The notes under the pieces: generated by a model | Told to the model about the DNA's origin: nothing | Database searches by the model: none | What the model saw: the letters and a program-made list of their open reading frames with translations, nothing else | Origin: Bacteroidia bacterium | GTDB taxonomy: Bacteria > Bacteroidota > Bacteroidia > JACCXN01 | DNA length: 64,000 nt | NCBI GenBank assembly: GCA_046299555.1 | Contig: JBKBHS010000003.1 | Coordinates: 268,481-332,480, forward strand | Reading direction: 5' to 3' | Position numbers and translations under genes: made by a program | Shown here: positions 60,046-64,000 of the stretch, in pieces | Layout of the letters: the number at the start of each line of letters is the position of its first letter | Numbering within the stretch: position 1 is the stretch's first letter

Positions 60046-62136
60046 TTGTACACTATGAAAATTTCTTTCAAGTCCATCATATTTACTTTTGCGGTATTAT
60101 TTAGCACTACAGGGTTTTCTCAAATTTTTAATCCTGTAAAATGGAGTACCGAAGTAAAACGTATTAGCGAAACAGAAGCAGAATTAATTGTAACAGCCAA
60201 AATAGAAAACAAATGGCATTTATACTCCACTAAAGCTACCGAAGGAGATGATCCGGGCCCTGTTCCGACAGAATTTACTTTTGAAAAATCAAACGATTAC
60301 GAATTAGTTGGTAAAATTATAGAAGGCAAACCCATTAAGGAGCACGATCCAAATTTTGATATGGTAGTTGCTTATTTTGCAAAATCTGCCACATTTAAAC
60401 AAAAAATTAAAATCAATAACAAAGGCTCATTTAAAGTAGTTGGAAATGTAAATTTTATGGTATGTGATGACCAGCGATGCCTCCCCCCTACTGATGAGGA
60501 ATTAATTTTTGAAGTTCAGGCATACGTTAGTAACACTTCAGAAAACAATGTTGCAACATCAAATTCGGAAAACGAAATAAAAGAAACAGAAAAAATTATT
60601 GCAGAAGACTCCGTTTTAGAAGTAGTAAAAGACAAGCAAGATGATATAAAACCAATTACAAATACTACAGAAGAAAGCACTTCCTTATGGTTAATATTCC
60701 TTCAAGGATTAATTGGAGGTTTCGCAGCTTTATTAATGCCATGCATTTATCCAATGCTTCCTTTAACAGTAAGTTTTTTTACCAAACAAAGTAAAACTAA
60801 AGCAGAAGGTATTAGAAAAGCTACAATTTACGGCATTTCTATTATTGTGATATATGTTTTATTAGGAATGGTAGTAACCATATTGTTTGGTTCTGACGCT
60901 TTAAATGAGCTTTCAACCAATCCATGGTTCAATTTATTTTTCTTTGTTTTATTTGTGGTATTTGCTATTTCGTTTTTTGGCGCATTTGAACTTACCTTAC
61001 CAAGTTCATGGGTAAATAAAGCAGATGAAGCCTCAAATAAAGGCGGACTTATTGGAATATTTTTTATGGCTGCTACCCTATCATTAGTTTCATTTTCATG
61101 CACCGGTCCAATAATTGGAACGCTCTTGGTAAAAGCGGCAAACGATGGGCAATTTTTAGGGCCTGCTATGGGAATGTTTGGCTTTTCTTTTGCTTTGGCT
61201 ATACCATTTGCATTATTTGCAGCATTTCCCGGATGGTTAAATTCTATGCCAAAATCAGGAGGTTGGTTAAATACCGTTAAAGTAACACTCGGTTTTATTG
61301 AATTGGCACTTGCATTAAAATTCTTATCCAATGCCGATTTGGTATTACAGGCTGGCTGGTTAAAACGTGAATTATTCCTTGCTATTTGGATTGGTATATT
61401 CGGATTAATGACCATGTATTTGTTAGGAATGTTTCGCATGCCACATGATAGTCCTATAAATGAACTTTCCATTCCCCGCTTATTAATAGCAATGGTTTCG
61501 TTAATTTTTACTATTTACTTAATACCGGGAATGTGGGGTGCGCCATTAAAAATTGTAAGTGGATTCCCTCCACCGCAATTCTATAGTGAATCACCAAACG
61601 GCATTGGAGGCAGCTCATCCGGTGTTGCAACATCAAACTCGCATGCAAATGCTGATATTCCCAAAGGAGCAGATCCTGCGCATTGTCCACATAACCTTAA
61701 CTGTTTTCATGATTTTAATACAGGATTGGAATATGCCAAAAAAGTGGGTAAGCCGGTTATGCTCGATTTTACCGGTTGGGCATGTGTAAACTGCAGAAAA
61801 ATGGAAGAACAAGTTTGGTCTGATCCTCAAGTATTAAAACGCTTACGCGAAGATTTTGTTTTAATTTCACTTTATGTTGATGAAAAACAAGAACTGCCTA
61901 TTGAAGAACAAAAAGAAGTTGAAATTGGAGGAAAGAAAAAGAAAATAAAAACTGTAGGAAACAAATGGAGTCATTTTCAGGCAAGTGTTTACGGCAATAA
62001 TTCACAGCCTTATTATGTAATTTTAGATCATAATGAAAAAATGCTTACCGAACCGGCTGCTTACGACCCGGATATTCAAAAATTTATTAATTGGTTAGAC
62101 AAAGGAAAAGCTGAGTTTAAAAAAACACAGCCGTAA
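60046..62136 (+). CDS. dsbD: Thiol:disulfide interchange protein DsbD-like (N-terminal DsbD-alpha-like domain, CcdA-type TM core, C-terminal thioredoxin CVNC)
   Basis: Signal peptide. TM core has the two conserved Cys (LLMPCIYPMLP and VSFSCTGPIIG). C-terminal thioredoxin has FTGWACVNCRKME. Confidence 0.85.
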   Translation: MYTMKISFKSIIFTFAVLFSTTGFSQIFNPVKWSTEVKRISETEAELIVTAKIENKWHLYSTKATEGDDPGPVPTEFTFEKSNDYELVGKIIEGKPIKEHDPNFDMVVAYFAKSATFKQKIKINNKGSFKVVGNVNFMVCDDQRCLPPTDEELIFEVQAYVSNTSENNVATSNSENEIKETEKIIAEDSVLEVVKDKQDDIKPITNTTEESTSLWLIFLQGLIGGFAALLMPCIYPMLPLTVSFFTKQSKTKAEGIRKATIYGISIIVIYVLLGMVVTILFGSDALNELSTNPWFNLFFFVLFVVFAISFFGAFELTLPSSWVNKADEASNKGGLIGIFFMAATLSLVSFSCTGPIIGTLLVKAANDGQFLGPAMGMFGFSFALAIPFALFAAFPGWLNSMPKSGGWLNTVKVTLGFIELALALKFLSNADLVLQAGWLKRELFLAIWIGIFGLMTMYLLGMFRMPHDSPINELSIPRLLIAMVSLIFTIYLIPGMWGAPLKIVSGFPPPQFYSESPNGIGGSSSGVATSNSHANADIPKGADPAHCPHNLNCFHDFNTGLEYAKKVGKPVMLDFTGWACVNCRKMEEQVWSDPQVLKRLREDFVLISLYVDEKQELPIEEQKEVEIGGKKKKIKTVGNKWSHFQASVYGNNSQPYYVILDHNEKMLTEPAAYDPDIQKFINWLDKGKAEFKKTQP

Positions 62137-62189
62137 ATTTGTTGTTCAAACAACGTTTTAAAAAATAACATCTGTAAAAATGTGGACAG

Positions 62190-63074
62190 ATGAACAGAAT
62201 TGACTTTATAAAAAACATTTCCTTATTGGGTATGAGCGGAGCAATTTTTAAATTAAATGCACTGGAAGATATTTTATCTAGTTCAGTTGCATCTGAAAAA
62301 ATGCCCATTCTATTTGTCGGTCATGGTAGCCCTATGAATGCAATAGAAGATAATGAGTTTTCGCAATCATGGAAAAAACTGGGCGAAAAACTTCCCAAAC
62401 CAACAGCTATAGTTTGCATATCGGCACATTGGGAAACAAAAGGAACATTTGTAACAGCTATGCCTAAACCACAAACCATTCACGACTTTGGCGGTTTTCC
62501 ACAAGCTTTATATGATGTTCAATATCCTGCACCCGGGAGCCCTGAATTAGCCAATGAAATAAAAAACACTATAACAACTGTTCCTATTCAGTTAGATGAA
62601 AAATGGGGGCTTGATCATGGAACATGGAGTATTATTCGCCCTATGTATCCAAAGGCAGATATTCCGGTAATTCAAATAAGTATTGATTATACACAAAGTT
62701 CAACTTTTCATTATGAACTTGGAAAACAATTAAACAAATTAAGAAGAAAAGGTGTGCTGATTGTTGGGAGTGGAAACATGGTGCATAATCTTGGTAAAAT
62801 TGCGTGGCACAAAATGAATGAACCCGAATATGGATTTGACTGGGCATTGGAAGCAAATAACAAAATGAAAGAATTTATCCTTTCAGAAAATCACCAGGCA
62901 CTTATTAATTTTAAAAATCAAGGTAAAGCATTTGATTTAGCCATTCCTACTCCCGAGCATTTTATTCCATTACTTTACATATTGGGACTAAAAGAAAAAA
63001 ATGAAGAAATTAAATTCTTTAACGATAAAGCCGTGATGGGCTCACTAACGATGACCTCCTTACTGATTAATTAA
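62190..63074 (+). CDS. Class III extradiol dioxygenase (LigB/YgiD, 4,5-DOPA-dioxygenase-like) with predicted export signal
   Basis: PILFVGHGSPMNAIED..., HWET, a His-containing motif HDFGGFP and WGLDHGTWS. 294 aa. Confidence 0.75.
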   Translation: MNRIDFIKNISLLGMSGAIFKLNALEDILSSSVASEKMPILFVGHGSPMNAIEDNEFSQSWKKLGEKLPKPTAIVCISAHWETKGTFVTAMPKPQTIHDFGGFPQALYDVQYPAPGSPELANEIKNTITTVPIQLDEKWGLDHGTWSIIRPMYPKADIPVIQISIDYTQSSTFHYELGKQLNKLRRKGVLIVGSGNMVHNLGKIAWHKMNEPEYGFDWALEANNKMKEFILSENHQALINFKNQGKAFDLAIPTPEHFIPLLYILGLKEKNEEIKFFNDKAVMGSLTMTSLLIN

Positions 63075-63076
63075 AA

Positions 63077-64000
63077 TTAATCTTCACTTACCGAATTATT
63101 AAAAACTATTCCGATACTGCGTGCTGTTTTGCGGGCAGGAATAAAGGATAGTATCGTTCCAATTAATAAAACCGTAAATAATACCAACACAAAATCACCT
63201 GTTTTAATAATTACAGGATAGGCATCCATGGCAAAAGTTCCATGCAATTTAATTAACCCAAAATGCTGTTGAGCTAAACAAAGCAATAAACCTGCAATTA
63301 AGCCTATAACCGCACCAAATGCCGAAATCAATATACCTTCCACAAAAAATATTTTTTGAATTTGAGTGGCTGTTGCACCCATATTTTTTAAAATAATAAT
63401 ATCTGCTTTTTTATCAATAATCAGCATGGTAATTGAACCAATAACATTAAAAGCCGCAATAATCAATATAAACGTAAGGATTAAATAAATTGCCAACTTT
63501 TCTGATTTCATTATTTTATATAAAGCATCGTTTTGTTTAAAGCGATCTTTTACCACATATTTTTCTCCTAATTGCATTTGTAATTCTTCAGCCACTTTTA
63601 CAGCATCAAATCCATCTTTTAATCCTAATTCAACTGCACTCACTTCGTTTTCATAAAGCAATAACTGACGTGCAAAATCTAAAGGCACTATAATATATTT
63701 GCTATCAAACTCATATTGCACCGAAAATATTCCTGAGGGATATACAGGCATTACATTAAACGCTTCTTCGGGTCCCGAATTTATGCTTGCTGTTCGCTTT
63801 GGAACATAGATATACAAAGGTGTTGCGATGTTTAAGAGATTAATATCCAAATTAGCCGCTATACCGTATCCTACAACAGCATGATCTTCTTTTGTATTTT
63901 CAAATCCAAATATGCCTTCGGTAAGTAAAGTATCCAATCGGCTCATAGGAAGAAAATTTTCATCAACTCCTTTAATAGTTCCAATGTATTGCTTATCGCG
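63077..64000 (-). CDS. ABC transporter permease, FtsX/LolC-E-like; C-terminal part (5' end beyond window)
   Basis: Four C-terminal TM helices, typical of the FtsX family. The reading frame stays open upstream of Met 63946 to the window edge (…RDKQYIGTIKGVDENFLPMSRL…). Confidence 0.75.
   Translation of the reverse strand, partial: RDKQYIGTIKGVDENFLPMSRLDTLLTEGIFGFENTKEDHAVVGYGIAANLDINLLNIATPLYIYVPKRTASINSGPEEAFNVMPVYPSGIFSVQYEFDSKYIIVPLDFARQLLLYENEVSAVELGLKDGFDAVKVAEELQMQLGEKYVVKDRFKQNDALYKIMKSEKLAIYLILTFILIIAAFNVIGSITMLIIDKKADIIILKNMGATATQIQKIFFVEGILISAFGAVIGLIAGLLLCLAQQHFGLIKLHGTFAMDAYPVIIKTGDFVLVLFTVLLIGTILSFIPARKTARSIGIVFNNSVSED

Overview
This is an AT-rich chromosomal window, and its gene content points to a Bacteroidota genome, probably Flavobacteriia-like. 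Supporting evidence is a full-length sprA (the T9SS translocon, 2423 aa), at least nine proteins with T9SS C-terminal sorting domains (type A and type B), many predicted outer-membrane beta-barrels, and few Shine-Dalgarno-like contexts. No rRNA, tRNA, CRISPR array, transposase or integrase was recognised.

Gene content, left to right:
- The 5' end of metH, preceded on the minus strand by what I read directly from the sequence as a SAM-I riboswitch with its own terminator.
- A caa3-type cytochrome oxidase accessory cluster: DUF420/CtaM-like, SCO1/SenC, subunit IV, two subunit-III genes, and ctaB/cyoE.
- A cell-surface glycan locus: two tandem paralog pairs of outer-membrane beta-barrels around a WecA-like initiating transferase, followed by fcl and gmd.
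- A truncated ALDH-like gene, an interrupted GxxExxY-family pseudogene, then a full aldehyde dehydrogenase and a deoC-like aldolase.
- TonB-C, a VanZ-like gene, gcvH, sprA with ruvA immediately upstream, and maeB.
- A sirtuin (cobB), then several thioredoxin-fold and Omp28-like CxxC proteins interleaved with beta-barrels.
- ubiX, queG and ruvB.
- An acyl-CoA dehydrogenase.
- Two CxxCH-motif proteins next to YceI and DUF5777 genes.
- A T9SS beta-lactamase-like hydrolase and asd.
- An 1135-aa protein with three lamin-tail domains and a type-B CTD.
- A free-standing AP2 gene with a degenerate HNH domain.
- A 1450-aa T9SS adhesin, uvrC, a DsbD-like gene, a LigB/YgiD-type dioxygenase, and the 3' part of an FtsX-type permease.

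The observations I consider most worth a second look:
- A degenerate tandem array of about 31-bp units in the ruvB leader.
- The cluster of surface and periplasmic thioredoxin-fold (CxxC) proteins.
- The CxxCH / YceI / DUF5777 module.
- The glycan locus with duplicated large outer-membrane barrels.

All family assignments rest on motif recognition by eye. No database search was run.
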